Positions 31,298-42,695 of a stretch of DNA of 64,000 nucleotides are shown here, one piece after another. The position numbers and the translations under genes were made by a program. The first letter of the stretch is position 1. Each line of letters starts with the position of its first letter. The notes under the pieces were generated by a model. The model saw only the letters and a program-made list of their open reading frames with translations. It was not told where the DNA came from and searched no databases. Origin of the DNA: an uncultured Pseudomonadales bacterium. GTDB taxonomy: Bacteria; Pseudomonadota; Gammaproteobacteria; Pseudomonadales; UBA7239. The DNA lies in assembly GCA_964509075.1 (NCBI GenBank), contig CAZDWC010000008.1, forward strand, positions 33,331 through 97,330, written 5' to 3'.

Positions 31298-32479
31298 TTA
31301 AACTTTAAGACCGAACAATTTTGAAAACAGCAGGCTGATGCTATCCCACAGCACACCGAAAAAACCGGCGCGCGGCACTTCTTCTTTCGCAATAGCATCG
31401 ACGGTGTAGACCACCTGATCACCATTTTTCACCACAATCTGGCCCACTTTCTGTCCTGCAGATATGGGGGCGATCAGCGGCGATTCAATCTGTACTTCCG
31501 ACACAAGGTTGGCTGCAACATTGCGCGCCACCGTCAGGGCCACCGCCTGCGCGGGCACCACCGTGATCTGATTGCCTTTGCCCTTCCACACGCGCGGCGT
31601 GCCGAGTACGGCATCTGCCGCGTACAGGCTCACGGACTGGAAGAAGCGGAAACCGTAATTGAGCAAGGCCGAAGAATCCGCCTCGCGCTCCTTGATACTC
31701 GGCGCACCCAGCACCACGGAAATCAGGCGCGTGCCATCACGCAGCGCCGACGCCACCAGACAGTAACCAGCGCCGCTGGTGTGACCAGTTTTCAGACCGT
31801 CAACGCTCGAGTCCGTCCACAGCAAACCGTTGCGGTTCTGTTGCTTGATGCCGTTGTAGGTGAATTCTCTTTCCTTGTGCAAGGGATAGTCTTTTGTCTG
31901 GACTATGGCGCGCGCCAGTGTCGCCAGATCGCGCGCGCTCGAATAATGTTCAGGTGTGTCCAGACCGTGCGTGTTGACGTAATGGGTATTGGTCATGCCC
32001 AGCTTCTGCGCGTGCTGGTTCATCATGTCGACAAATGCCGCCTCGGTGCCGGCAAGATATTCGGCAACAGCCACCGTCGCATCATTGCCGGAAGAAATGA
32101 CAATGCCGCGATGCAATTCCAGCAGCGATACCGGCTTGTCCGGCGCAATAAACATCAGCGATGAGCCGTTGTTCTTCGCATCAAACTCAGGGCTCTGTGC
32201 CCAGGCACGCGGGCTGACCGGCACCATATCCTCATTGCGCACGCGGCCGGTTTCGATTTCCGCAGACAACACATAGCTGGTCATCAACTTGGTCAAGCTC
32301 GCTGGCGGCAACTTCTGGTCGGCATTGTTTTCCAGCAACACCGAGCCGGTAGCGGCATCCATCAGGATCCAGGCCTTGGCATCGAATTGGGGCGGCGCCG
32401 GCACCGGCTCCGCCGCGCGGGCAACGCTGGCCAACAACAACACAGACAAGAACGCAACAACACGCGGAAAACGAGCCAT
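31298..32479 (-). CDS. dacA: D-alanyl-D-alanine carboxypeptidase (PBP5/6 family)
   Basis: SxxK (ASLTKLM), SxN (SGN), KTG (LKTGHT); signal peptide. The dacA versus dacC assignment rests on position before ybeD-lipB-lipA. Confidence 0.88.
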   Translation of the reverse strand: MARFPRVVAFLSVLLLASVARAAEPVPAPPQFDAKAWILMDAATGSVLLENNADQKLPPASLTKLMTSYVLSAEIETGRVRNEDMVPVSPRAWAQSPEFDAKNNGSSLMFIAPDKPVSLLELHRGIVISSGNDATVAVAEYLAGTEAAFVDMMNQHAQKLGMTNTHYVNTHGLDTPEHYSSARDLATLARAIVQTKDYPLHKEREFTYNGIKQQNRNGLLWTDSSVDGLKTGHTSGAGYCLVASALRDGTRLISVVLGAPSIKEREADSSALLNYGFRFFQSVSLYAADAVLGTPRVWKGKGNQITVVPAQAVALTVARNVAANLVSEVQIESPLIAPISAGQKVGQIVVKNGDQVVYTVDAIAKEEVPRAGFFGVLWDSISLLFSKLFGLKV

Positions 32480-32636
32480 CAAACCACCACCGGACAGTCA
32501 AGAGGAAAACGGCGGCCATTGTACCGAATGCCCGCAACAGATGCGCACACAATCCGGACATGCTGGCTGAATCCAGAGGCGCTTACACAATTCAAACTGC
32601 TAGAATGCGCGCCCAGCCGTTACCTGTTCGCCCGCC

Positions 32637-34676
32637 ATGAGCACCCTGCCCGGCCTCAATCCCCGTCAACGCGAAGCCGTGCGCTATATAGACGGCCCCC
32701 TGCTGGTGCTGGCCGGTGCCGGCAGCGGCAAGACGCGGGTGATCACCGAAAAGATTGCCTACCTGATACGCGAGTGCGGCTACAAAGCCAACCACATTGC
32801 CGCTGTCACCTTCACCAACAAGGCCGCCAAGGAGATGAAGGAACGTGTGGGCAAACTGATGGGCGGTGAAGCGCGCGGCCTGCAGGTTTCCACCTTTCAC
32901 TCACTGGGCCTCGACATCATTCGCCGCGAGCTGAAAGCACTGGGCTACAAAAGCGGCTTCTCGATTTTTGACCAGCAGGACGCACAGGCACTGATACGCG
33001 AATTGCTGCTGAAGACCGGCGATGTCGACAGCGACTACGTCGAACTTGCGCAGGCCAGCATTTCCAACTGGAAAAACGATTTGCAACTGCCGGCGGACCT
33101 GATCAGTCGCGCAGCCACGCCGGGCGAATTGAATCTGGCCATGTTGTATGAACGCTACCAGCGTTCGCTGAAAGCCTATAACGCGGTAGATTTCGACGAT
33201 CTGATTGCCCTGCCGGTGCAGTTGTTCGATACACAACCGGACGTGCTGGCGCGTTGGCATGGCCGCATTCGCTATTTGTTGGTAGACGAATACCAGGACA
33301 CCAACTCCGGCCAGTATCGACTCGTGCAACAGCTGATCGGCAATCGCAGTGGTTTGACCGTCGTCGGTGACGATGACCAATCCATCTACGCCTGGCGCGG
33401 CGCGCGACCGGAAAATCTGTCGCTGTTGAAAACCGATTTCCCGGCGTTGAAACTGATCAAACTCGAGCAGAACTACCGCTCCTGTGGCCGCATCCTGAAA
33501 GCCGCCAACCAGCTGATCGCCAACAATCCGCACGAATTTGAAAAGCAGTTGTGGAGTGAAATGGGCTACGGTGACCCGATCCGCATTTTGCACTGTGCCA
33601 ATGAGGAGGCAGAATCCGAACGTATCGCCACCGAAATTCTCGCGCAGAGACTTCAGCGTCGCGAACAGTTTCGCGATTTTGCCGTGCTCTATCGCAGCAA
33701 TCACCAGGCACGCATGCTGGAAGTGCATTTGCAGCAATTGCAGATTCCCTACAACATTACCGGCGGCACCTCGTTTTTTTCGCGCGCGGAAATCAAGGAC
33801 ATCATGGCCTACCTGCGCCTGCTGGTGAACCCGGAAGACGACAACGCCTTCCTGCGCATCATCAATGTGCCGCGCCGGAAAATCGGTCCCGGCACGCTGG
33901 AAAAACTCGGGCTGTACGCGCAGACACGCGACAACAGCCTGTTCAATGTCATCAACGAAATCGGCATTGAATCTGTCATTACCGGCGAATCGCTGCAGCA
34001 TTTGCGCAACTTTGCGCGCTGGCTCACCGGCATCCGCGAGCGTTGCGCCAGTGAAAACCCCATCACCGTGATCAATGAAATGGTCGATGATATCGGCTAC
34101 GAAGCCTGGCTGCACCAGAACGCCTCCAGTGCCAATATCGCCGAGCGTCGTTTTGAAAACGTGCGCTATCTGGTAGAAACCCTAGGCCGCTCACTGACCA
34201 TCAGCGAAGAGGAAGACACAGACAGCGCGCGCGACAACAACGATTATCTGGAAGATGCCATCAAGAAACTGATCCTGCGCGATCTGCTGGAGCGCCAGGA
34301 AGAAGCCGAAGACCTGGACCGTGTGCAACTGTTGACACTGCATGCAGCGAAAGGACTCGAATTTCCGCACGTGTTCATCATGGGCTGGGAAGAGGAACTG
34401 CTGCCGCATCGCAACAGTATTGAAACCAACCAGATTGAAGAGGAGCGCCGTCTCGCCTACGTAGGCATCACTCGTGCGCAGCGCACACTGACACTGACAC
34501 TCGCACAAAAACGCAAACAATATGGCCAGGTGAGCGAACCCACTCCCAGCCGCTTTCTTGATGAACTGCCACCGGAAGACTTACAGCGCGAAGGCGGCGG
34601 CCATGCATTGTCTGCCGAGCAGCAGGAGAAAAAAGCGCGCGACACGATGGCGAGCCTGAAGAGTCTTTTTGAGTGA
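32637..34676 (+). CDS. rep: ATP-dependent DNA helicase Rep
   Basis: LAGAGSGKTRVIT, VDEYQDTN, VGDDDQSIYAWRGA, LEQNYRS, TLHAAKGLEF, EERRLAYVGITRAQ; Rep-type C-terminus lacking the UvrD tail. Confidence 0.92.
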   Translation: MSTLPGLNPRQREAVRYIDGPLLVLAGAGSGKTRVITEKIAYLIRECGYKANHIAAVTFTNKAAKEMKERVGKLMGGEARGLQVSTFHSLGLDIIRRELKALGYKSGFSIFDQQDAQALIRELLLKTGDVDSDYVELAQASISNWKNDLQLPADLISRAATPGELNLAMLYERYQRSLKAYNAVDFDDLIALPVQLFDTQPDVLARWHGRIRYLLVDEYQDTNSGQYRLVQQLIGNRSGLTVVGDDDQSIYAWRGARPENLSLLKTDFPALKLIKLEQNYRSCGRILKAANQLIANNPHEFEKQLWSEMGYGDPIRILHCANEEAESERIATEILAQRLQRREQFRDFAVLYRSNHQARMLEVHLQQLQIPYNITGGTSFFSRAEIKDIMAYLRLLVNPEDDNAFLRIINVPRRKIGPGTLEKLGLYAQTRDNSLFNVINEIGIESVITGESLQHLRNFARWLTGIRERCASENPITVINEMVDDIGYEAWLHQNASSANIAERRFENVRYLVETLGRSLTISEEEDTDSARDNNDYLEDAIKKLILRDLLERQEEAEDLDRVQLLTLHAAKGLEFPHVFIMGWEEELLPHRNSIETNQIEEERRLAYVGITRAQRTLTLTLAQKRKQYGQVSEPTPSRFLDELPPEDLQREGGGHALSAEQQEKKARDTMASLKSLFE

Positions 34677-34680
34677 AAGT

Positions 34681-36504
34681 ATGCGGCACACCGAAAACAT
34701 CCTGACTGATTTCTTCCGCACGCACTGGCGCGCCTATGCCAGCGCGCTGTTGATGCTGGCAGCTATTGCACTGATGAATCTTTCGATCCCGTGGATTACC
34801 GGCAAAACGGTAGATGCCATTGTCGATGGCAGCTTGCAAAGCCCGACACTGCTGCATGCAATTTTGCTATTGCTCGGGATAGGCATTGCCGTATATGGCT
34901 TGCGCTATTGCTGGCGCGTCGTGCTTTACGGTGCGTCTTATTATTTCGGCGTGCAATTACGCGCTCGCTACTATACACGCCTGATGCGCATGGGCCCGGC
35001 GTTCTATCAGCGCCACAACACCGGCGACCTGATGGCGCGCGCAACCAATGATATCGACGCCGTGGAAATGGCAGTCGGCGAAGGCGTACTGTCCGGTTTT
35101 GACGGTCTGATGATACTGGTCCTTGTACTGATCATGATGTTTGTGATGATCGACTGGCGTCTTGCTGCCGTGGTGTTGCTGCCTTTCCCTGTCATGATGT
35201 GGCTGTTCAAGCGTATTTCCGCTGCCATGCAAAAACAGTTTGATGTCGCACTGCAGAAATTTTCCGCGCTCAATGACAGAACCCAGGAGGCCTTGTCCGG
35301 CATACGCCTGATGAAAGCCATGGGACGCGAGCAGCATGAAGTTGCTGCATTCAATCGTATTGCCGATGAGGCGGCAGCGGCAAACTTTCGCGTGCAAAAA
35401 ATTGAAGCGCAATATGATCCGGTTATTTTTCTGGTACTAGCCACTGCGCTGCTGCTAACACTTGGCTGCGGAGGCTGGCTGGTGAGTCGCGGCGAACTCA
35501 CTGTCGGCAAGCTCACCAGCTTCACCATGTACCTCGGCCAATTGGTATGGCCAATGTTTGCACTGGGCTGGCTGATGAACATTGTGCAACGCGGCCGCGT
35601 GGCCTTGCGGCGCGTCAATGAGATACTGGACGAAGCTGATGACTTGCCTGATAACGGCTCCGCCACTTTGCCGATTGAACGCGACCTGCATGTTGCCATA
35701 TCTGCATTTACCTATCCCGGCCAGGCACAAGCTGCTTTGCACAATATTGTGCTGGATATTCCTGCCGGTAAAACCCTTGGCATTGTCGGCCCTACCGGTA
35801 GCGGCAAAAGCACGCTGCTGCATGTATTGATGCGACATTACGATTGCAGCACGGCAAATATCCGCATTCACGACACACCACTGCATGAACTGCCGTTGCA
35901 ACAAATGCGCAGCGTATTTGCCTGGGTGCCGCAAGATGCGTTTCTGTTCAGCGCCACACTGGCAGAAAACATCGCACTGGCCGCACCACATGCCAGCGAG
36001 ATTGAGATTGCCAATGCCGCACGCCTCGCGTCACTGGACGATGACATTCGCAGACTGCCGCACGGCTTTGCAACGCTGATTGGTGAGCGCGGTATCACGC
36101 TGTCTGGCGGTCAACGCCAGCGCGTGGCGATTGCACGCGCACTTTTACAGACGCAAGATAACACGCAGCATTCGCACCTTCAGGGCAACGCCATTCTCGT
36201 GCTGGACGATGCACTCTCTGCCGTGGATGTGCAAACCGAAAAAAATATCCTCCAGCATTTGCGTCAATCCCGCCATCAGCGCAGCTGCATCATTGTCAGC
36301 CATCGACTTTCGGCAGTGGCAGATGCTGACGAAATCGTCGTATTGTCGCACGGCACCGTTCGCGAGCGCGGTACGCATGCCGAGCTGCTTGCTGAACAGG
36401 GATGGTATGCGCGCATGTGGGCTTACCAGCAACTGGAGTCCGAACTCGAAGCAGAAATGCATCCAGAAAATAATACAGCGGGTGATGCGCATGCCGGACA
36501 TTGA
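34681..36504 (+). CDS. ABC exporter ATPase/permease, MdlA-like half
   Basis: TMD (TGDLMARATNDI), Walker A GPTGSGKS, LSGGQRQR, degenerate Walker B LDD. Confidence 0.85.
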   Translation: MRHTENILTDFFRTHWRAYASALLMLAAIALMNLSIPWITGKTVDAIVDGSLQSPTLLHAILLLLGIGIAVYGLRYCWRVVLYGASYYFGVQLRARYYTRLMRMGPAFYQRHNTGDLMARATNDIDAVEMAVGEGVLSGFDGLMILVLVLIMMFVMIDWRLAAVVLLPFPVMMWLFKRISAAMQKQFDVALQKFSALNDRTQEALSGIRLMKAMGREQHEVAAFNRIADEAAAANFRVQKIEAQYDPVIFLVLATALLLTLGCGGWLVSRGELTVGKLTSFTMYLGQLVWPMFALGWLMNIVQRGRVALRRVNEILDEADDLPDNGSATLPIERDLHVAISAFTYPGQAQAALHNIVLDIPAGKTLGIVGPTGSGKSTLLHVLMRHYDCSTANIRIHDTPLHELPLQQMRSVFAWVPQDAFLFSATLAENIALAAPHASEIEIANAARLASLDDDIRRLPHGFATLIGERGITLSGGQRQRVAIARALLQTQDNTQHSHLQGNAILVLDDALSAVDVQTEKNILQHLRQSRHQRSCIIVSHRLSAVADADEIVVLSHGTVRERGTHAELLAEQGWYARMWAYQQLESELEAEMHPENNTAGDAHAGH

Positions 36505-38287
36505 CATGGCGCTCCCTCACACAAAGACCCAGCGCAATGCATTCCGACTGTTGACGCGTTACATCCTGCAGCAGAAAACCCTGGTTGTTTCAGCCACAAT
36601 CTGGCTGGCTTTGGCCACTGCGCTCGATATGGCGGGCCCCATGTTGGCCAAGTATTTTATTGATGACTACCTGACACCACGCCACTTTGTCACGCGCGAT
36701 CTTTTGATATTGCTATGCGCTTATATCGGCACGCAAGTACTCGCCAGCGCCTTGCGCTACGTTCAGACACTGCGCTTTTCACAGCTGGCCTTGCATGCGG
36801 TTAGCGATATTCGCCAGCGTGTATTCCGCCATGTCATGCACTTGCCCATGGCATATCATGATCGCGCCATTACCGGACAGCTGGTGAGCCGCATCACCAA
36901 TGACACCGAGGCACTCAAGGATTTGTATGTGCAATTCCTGTCTGCTGTCGTCGGCAATGTCGTGTTCCTGATCGGCATATTGATTGCGATGGCACTGCTC
37001 GATTTCAAATTGATGCTGGTGGCGCTGATGCTGATTCCGATGGTGGCCGTGATCATTTACTACTACCAACGCCTGAGCGGCAAAGCGGTCAGTGAAGTGC
37101 GGCAACTGCGCTCGGATATTAATGCACAGCTGAGTGAATCCATACAGGGCGCACGCATTATCCAGGCCATGGGACAATCGCAACGTTTTGCAGAAACATT
37201 CCAGACAGTTAATGAAGCACAATATCATGCGCGTTTGCGGATGACGCGCATTGGCGCGCTGTTGCTGCGCCCCGCTCTGGACTTCATAGGATTGGTAATC
37301 CTTTGCGGCGTGCTCTACGTCTATGGCAGTGAAGCGATTGGCAATACGGTAGAAGTTGGTGTGTTGTACGCCTTCATTAATTACCTGAGCCGTTATACCG
37401 AACCGCTCAGTGAAATCACACAGCGTTTCAATCTGTATCAGCAAGCCATGGTTTCCGGTACGCGCCTGGCCGCATTGCTGGAAGAACCCTTAGCCGGACA
37501 GGAACACGCCAGCACCCAACACAGCAAGCCCCTGTTACACGGCAACATGCGCTTTGAACATGTCAGCTTCAGTTATGACGGCAAGCACACCGTATTGCAC
37601 GATATTGATTTTCACGTAGGTGATGGTGAGTTTATCGGCATCGTTGGCCACACAGGCTCCGGCAAGAGCACACTGATCAATCTGCTGTTGCGTTTCTATC
37701 ACCCGCAACAGGGCCGCGTTGCCATTGACGGCATTGATTTGCGTCGCCTGTCCACAGAACATTTGCAGCATTTCATCAGTCTTGTGCCGCAAGAACCGTT
37801 TGTGCTGGCCGGCACCTTGCGTGACAACATAGTACTGGAACGCAATGTGAGTACCGAGCAGATTGCGCGCGCAGTGCATCTGGCACAACTGGATGAACTG
37901 GTAGCGCGGCTGCCGCAAGGACTGGACACGCTGCTGGGTGAACGCGGTACGCGCCTGTCCAGTGGCGAGCGGCAACTTCTGGCGCTGGCTCGCGCACTCC
38001 TGCTGTCGCCACGCATCCTGTTGCTTGATGAGGCAACAGCCAGTATCGACAGCGAAACAGAGCAGAAAGTGCAACGCGCACTGGATGCCTTGCGTGGAGA
38101 GGTGACCGTTGTGGCCATCGCCCATCGTCTTTCCACCATTCGCAGCGCCGACAATATTATCGTGCTGCGACACGGGCACATCATTGAACGCGGCTCACAC
38201 ATGGCACTGATGGAGAATGCCGACGGCTATTATCGCCGCATGGTCATGCTGCAAAGCCAGCGCGAAGCGCTGGCGGCGCTGGACTAA
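36491..38287 (+). CDS. ABC exporter ATPase/permease, MdlB-like half
   Basis: TMD (TGQLVSRITNDTE), Walker A GHTGSGKS, degenerate signature LSSGERQ, LLDEATASID. Start MPDIDM at 36491, not the ORF-track 36080. Confidence 0.85.
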   Translation: MPDIDMALPHTKTQRNAFRLLTRYILQQKTLVVSATIWLALATALDMAGPMLAKYFIDDYLTPRHFVTRDLLILLCAYIGTQVLASALRYVQTLRFSQLALHAVSDIRQRVFRHVMHLPMAYHDRAITGQLVSRITNDTEALKDLYVQFLSAVVGNVVFLIGILIAMALLDFKLMLVALMLIPMVAVIIYYYQRLSGKAVSEVRQLRSDINAQLSESIQGARIIQAMGQSQRFAETFQTVNEAQYHARLRMTRIGALLLRPALDFIGLVILCGVLYVYGSEAIGNTVEVGVLYAFINYLSRYTEPLSEITQRFNLYQQAMVSGTRLAALLEEPLAGQEHASTQHSKPLLHGNMRFEHVSFSYDGKHTVLHDIDFHVGDGEFIGIVGHTGSGKSTLINLLLRFYHPQQGRVAIDGIDLRRLSTEHLQHFISLVPQEPFVLAGTLRDNIVLERNVSTEQIARAVHLAQLDELVARLPQGLDTLLGERGTRLSSGERQLLALARALLLSPRILLLDEATASIDSETEQKVQRALDALRGEVTVVAIAHRLSTIRSADNIIVLRHGHIIERGSHMALMENADGYYRRMVMLQSQREALAALD

Positions 38288-38304
38288 AGGAAAATTTTTC
38301 GCAT

Positions 38305-38342
38305 AAAAAAGCCCGGACACGGGGAAATGTCCGGGCTTTTTT
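38305..38342. terminator. Bidirectional terminator between the ABC pair and ftsZ
   Basis: AAAAAAGCCCGGACA-N8-TGTCCGGGCTTTTTT. Confidence 0.85.
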
Positions 38343-38362
38343 GTTGATGCCTGTTACCGGTA

Positions 38363-39619
38363 TCAGTCAGCCTGACGACGCAGGAATGCAGGAATATCCA
38401 GGTAATCCAGATCTTCCTCCCTGTCCGTGCGCGGGCTGGCCACCGGGGCTGCACGCTCGACCGCAGATTGCGCAACCGCATGAGCCTGCGAACCGTAGCT
38501 GCCGCCGTAATGGCCGCCCTGCTGATAATGGTTGCCGCCGCGCATGACTGCGGGACGATCCAGCTGCGAGTAGTCCGGCGCACCGGCTGCCACCTGTGCT
38601 GCCATGCGCGATGGCGCGGTGTTGTCGACCACTTTGGTCGGCTTCACTTCAACGGCAACAGGTTTCTGGCCGAGACCGGTTGCCACGACGGTGACACGCA
38701 GCTCGCCGTTCATGTCCGGATCCAGCACGGTACCGACAACCACGGTGGCATTGTCGGAAGCGAATTCGTGAATGGCATTGCCCACTTCCTCAAACTCGCC
38801 CATGGTGAGATCAAAGCCGGCGGTGATATTGACGAGGATGCCGCGAGCACCTTGCAGATCGACATTGTCGAGCAGCGGGCAACGGATAGCCGCTTCGGCA
38901 GCAGCGCGGGCGCGGTTTTCACCGGACGCAGCACCAGTACCCATCATCGCCACACCCATCTCCGACATGACGGTGCGCACATCGGCGAAGTCGACGTTGA
39001 TCATACCTTCACGAATGATCAGGTGTGCAATGCCCTGCACCGCACCGAGCAACACGTCGTTGGCCGCCTTGAATGCATCCAGCAGCGACGTGTTCTTGTC
39101 CATCGTCGTCAGCAGCTTTTCATTGGGAATGGTGATCAGTGAATCGACATTCTCGGCCAGTTCGCGCAAGCCTTCATGTGCAATGGCCATGCGTTTCTTG
39201 CCTTCAAACGGAAATGGCTTGGTGACAACCGCCACCGTCAATATGCCCATTTCACGCGCAACCTGCGCAACGATAGGCGCGGCGCCGGTTCCTGTACCAC
39301 CACCCATGCCGGCAGTGATGAACACCATATCTGCGCCTTTCAGTACTTCGGCGATGCGTTCACGATCTTCAAGTGCCGCCTGGCGACCGACATCCGGATT
39401 GGCACCAGCGCCCAGACCCTTGGTAACACCGCCACCAATTTTCAGGACAGTGCCATTGGCCAGATCTTTCAGCGCCTGCGCATCGGTATTGGCACAGATG
39501 AATTCAACGCCCTCAACATCATTGGCGACCATGTGGCGAACTGCGTTGCCGCCGCCGCCGCCGACACCAATAACCTTGATGACTGCATTTTGTGCTACGT
39601 TCTCAATAAACTCGAACAT
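38363..39619 (-). CDS. ftsZ: Cell division protein FtsZ
   Basis: [31 protein letters not shown]-terminal [13 protein letters not shown]. Confidence 0.99.
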   Translation of the reverse strand: MFEFIENVAQNAVIKVIGVGGGGGNAVRHMVANDVEGVEFICANTDAQALKDLANGTVLKIGGGVTKGLGAGANPDVGRQAALEDRERIAEVLKGADMVFITAGMGGGTGTGAAPIVAQVAREMGILTVAVVTKPFPFEGKKRMAIAHEGLRELAENVDSLITIPNEKLLTTMDKNTSLLDAFKAANDVLLGAVQGIAHLIIREGMINVDFADVRTVMSEMGVAMMGTGAASGENRARAAAEAAIRCPLLDNVDLQGARGILVNITAGFDLTMGEFEEVGNAIHEFASDNATVVVGTVLDPDMNGELRVTVVATGLGQKPVAVEVKPTKVVDNTAPSRMAAQVAAGAPDYSQLDRPAVMRGGNHYQQGGHYGGSYGSQAHAVAQSAVERAAPVASPRTDREEDLDYLDIPAFLRRQAD

Positions 39620-39641
39620 GGTTTCCCCCACCCTTGCCCAG

Positions 39642-40871
39642 TTAGAAATTTTCCTTGAACCAGCGTTTCATCTTGTCGACGACACTGATTACATCCGTTT
39701 CACTCTCCACAGGTGCCTTGCCTTCCCTTTGTTGTCTCAATCCGTAGTGAAGCAATCCGACACCTGTGGAATAAACCGGATTCTTTACAATATCGCCCAG
39801 CCCTTTGACATTTACCGGCGCCCCCACGCGTACCGGCATATGAAAGATCTCCTCGGCCAGTTCAACTGCTCCTTCGATTCTGGCAGTGCCGCCTGTCAAA
39901 ACAATGCCGGCTGCCACCAGATCTTCATACCCACTGCGGCGCAATTCTGCCTGTATCAGTGTAAAGAGTTCATCGTACCGTGGTTCAACAACTTCTGCCA
40001 GTGCTTGTCGCGATAATTCGCGAGAAATTCGCTCACCAACACCAGGAACTTTAATAATTTCATCGGCGCGTGCAAGTTGCGTCAACGCACAGGCATATTT
40101 GATTTTGATTTCTTCCGCGAATGGCGTCGGCGTGCGCAATGCCATCGCAATATCGTTTGTCACCTGATCACCGGCAATCGGAATCACGGCCGTGTGTTTG
40201 ATTGAACCTTCGGTGAAAACCGCAATGTCCGTTGTGCCGCCACCGATATCGACCAGACACACGCCCAGCTCTTTTTCATCATCCGTCAGCACGGCATAAC
40301 TTGACGCCAGTTGTTCCAGAATAATGTCTTCAACCTCCAGACCACAGCGGCGAATGCACTTCTCGATATTCTGTACAGCATTCACGGCGCAGGTAACCAG
40401 ATGCACCTTGGCTTCCAGACGCACACCCGACATACCCAGAGGCTCTCGCACCCCTTCCTGATTGTCGATAATGTAGTCCTGCGGCAGGATATGAAGCACT
40501 TTCTGGTCTGCAGGAATCGCCACCGCCTGTGCCGCATCAATCACGCGTTCAACATCCGCCGGCTGCACTTCACGATCGCGAATGGCGACAATGCCGTGTG
40601 AATTCAGGCTGCGGATATGGCTGCCGGCAATACCGGCATAGACAGAATGAATCTGGCAACCGGCCATAAGCTCAGCTTCTTCAATGGCGCGCTGTATGGA
40701 TTGCACGGTCGACTCGATATTGACCACCACACCTTTCTTCAATCCCGAAGATTTGTGGGAACCGATGCCGATGATTTCCAGATTGCCATCCGCATCCAGC
40801 TCTCCAACCAGCGCCACCACTTTCGATGTACCGATATCCAGTCCCACAATGCGATTTTTATCCGCGCCCAT
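39642..40871 (-). CDS. ftsA: Cell division protein FtsA
   Basis: [37 protein letters not shown]-terminal WFKENF. Confidence 0.97.
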   Translation of the reverse strand: MGADKNRIVGLDIGTSKVVALVGELDADGNLEIIGIGSHKSSGLKKGVVVNIESTVQSIQRAIEEAELMAGCQIHSVYAGIAGSHIRSLNSHGIVAIRDREVQPADVERVIDAAQAVAIPADQKVLHILPQDYIIDNQEGVREPLGMSGVRLEAKVHLVTCAVNAVQNIEKCIRRCGLEVEDIILEQLASSYAVLTDDEKELGVCLVDIGGGTTDIAVFTEGSIKHTAVIPIAGDQVTNDIAMALRTPTPFAEEIKIKYACALTQLARADEIIKVPGVGERISRELSRQALAEVVEPRYDELFTLIQAELRRSGYEDLVAAGIVLTGGTARIEGAVELAEEIFHMPVRVGAPVNVKGLGDIVKNPVYSTGVGLLHYGLRQQREGKAPVESETDVISVVDKMKRWFKENF

Positions 40872-41730
40872 TGTCTTTCCCCTTGAGGATTGCGCCACTG
40901 TCTGAAGAATTTATGCTCATCGGCACCCAGCGAATCGAAGCGCCGTGTTGATAACGCATGTCCACCACCAGCGCCTGCCGCTGCGCCGGCAACACCACCT
41001 GCTGGTAAACGCTGATGAAATGACTCATGTTGCCCGCCGGATCGGTGCGATCCAACACGACCTGCAAACCGTTATCCAGCGTCAGTCGCCAGTCGCCCTG
41101 CACACTCTGGCTGATGGCCTGCAACTTCAGGCTGACCGGATGCAGCTGGCTTTCAAAAATCTGGTAATGATTCATGGCCTCTGCCGGCGCACCCAGTTCA
41201 CTCCACAAACGCGGCAACGGCTGGTTCTGGAACAAACCGCGATGCTCGAAAATGCGCCCCTTGGCATTCACCATCGCCTTGTCGCCCCAATAGGCGATGG
41301 GCACCTGCTCGGCAATATCTATTTCCACTGTGTCCGGCCAGCGCCGGCGCGCGCGCGCATGGGCCACCCATGGCTGCGCTTCCAGGCGATCTACCAGCGC
41401 ATCAAGATCAATATCAAGAAAGCTGTCGGTATCGTAAATCGCAACAGCTTCCATCACCGCCTGCTGGTCGAGTGCTTTCAAATCACCACTGACCACCACG
41501 CGCGCAATCGGCTTGTCGAAGGCAAGTTTCAACCATGGCAACGAAAAATAACCACCGGCAATCAACAGGCAGACCAACAAGGTCTGTGCCGCGAACAGCA
41601 ACAAGCCGTGCAACACGCCGCGGTCGACAGCCGCCGCCACTTCAGTCGCGCGGCGCGATGTTGCACCGCGCACCGCCGGTTTGCGCGTGCGCTCGGCAAC
41701 AATGCGATCGCTGGCGTCGAGCTGCATCAC
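40858..41730 (-). CDS. ftsQ: Cell division protein FtsQ
   Basis: TM helix, POTRA (PWVAHARARRRWPD), DMRYQHG; between ddl and ftsA. Confidence 0.9.
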   Translation of the reverse strand: MMQLDASDRIVAERTRKPAVRGATSRRATEVAAAVDRGVLHGLLLFAAQTLLVCLLIAGGYFSLPWLKLAFDKPIARVVVSGDLKALDQQAVMEAVAIYDTDSFLDIDLDALVDRLEAQPWVAHARARRRWPDTVEIDIAEQVPIAYWGDKAMVNAKGRIFEHRGLFQNQPLPRLWSELGAPAEAMNHYQIFESQLHPVSLKLQAISQSVQGDWRLTLDNGLQVVLDRTDPAGNMSHFISVYQQVVLPAQRQALVVDMRYQHGASIRWVPMSINSSDSGAILKGKDNGRG

Positions 41731-42695
41731 GCAAGCCCCTCGGCAACAAACTGATTTTTTGTCGCGGCCGGCAGCGTATCGGCCAGTACCGCCAGCACCA
41801 GAGCGTCAAAATCCATACCTGCAGCCTTGGCCGCCATTGGCACCAGACTGTGATCCGTCATGCCCGGCACCGTGTTCACTTCGAGCAGAAAAAAATCACC
41901 GCCTGCATTCTGCATCACGTCAACACGACCCCAGCCCTTGCAGCCCACTGCATGGAAAGCCTGCAAGGCCAGCGCCTTCAACTCGCTTTCCTTGTCTTGG
42001 GACAAACCACAAGGACACAGGTAACGCGTGGTATTGGAAATATATTTGGCTTCAAAATCGTAGAAATCGCGATCCGATTGCAAACGAATCGGCGGCAGCG
42101 CCTCACCATCCAGTATCGCCACCGTGAATTCCGCGCCATTGATCCAGGTTTCTGCCAATACAGCCCCTGCGTACTGGCTCGCATAATGGAAAGCTTCACG
42201 CAATTGTTCGGCATTATCGACCTTGCGCATGCCGATACTCGAGCCTTCACACGCCGGTTTTACAAATGCGACACCACCGAGCGCAGACAACGCCTCCTGC
42301 CAGTCACAATTGTCATCCAGCAAACGATAAGCAGGCGTAGGCAAGCTTTGCGCCTGCCACAGTTGTTTGGTGCGCCATTTGTCCATGCCCAATGCAGATG
42401 CCAGCACACCACTGCCGGTATAGGGAATACCCGCCATCTGTAAAACGGCCTGCATTACACCGTCTTCACCACCGACACCATGCAGCACGATAAAAGCGCG
42501 ATCCCACCCAGACTGGCCAATTTTCGCCAGAAAATTTGCATCGACATCCACCAGTTCGATATCAACGCCCTGGCGCAGCAGGGCATCTGCCACGGCACGA
42601 CCACTCTTCAATGAAATCTCGCGCTCTGATGACATGCCGCCATACAACACTGCGACCTTCCCAAAAAACTTTTTGTTCATGCTACTCATGCTCAT
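41727..42695 (-). CDS. ddl: D-alanine--D-alanine ligase
   Basis: [47 protein letters not shown]. Confidence 0.96.
   Translation of the reverse strand: MSMSSMNKKFFGKVAVLYGGMSSEREISLKSGRAVADALLRQGVDIELVDVDANFLAKIGQSGWDRAFIVLHGVGGEDGVMQAVLQMAGIPYTGSGVLASALGMDKWRTKQLWQAQSLPTPAYRLLDDNCDWQEALSALGGVAFVKPACEGSSIGMRKVDNAEQLREAFHYASQYAGAVLAETWINGAEFTVAILDGEALPPIRLQSDRDFYDFEAKYISNTTRYLCPCGLSQDKESELKALALQAFHAVGCKGWGRVDVMQNAGGDFFLLEVNTVPGMTDHSLVPMAAKAAGMDFDALVLAVLADTLPAATKNQFVAEGLA

Noticed and set aside
32901-34115. 404-aa minus-strand ORF
   Set aside because: Antisense shadow of rep.
36080-36490. N-terminal extension of the second ABC ORF
   Set aside because: It overlaps the first ABC gene in another frame; the plausible start is ATG 36491.
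38772-40016. 414-aa plus-strand ORF
   Set aside because: Ser/Ala/Pro-rich antisense shadow of ftsZ/ftsA.
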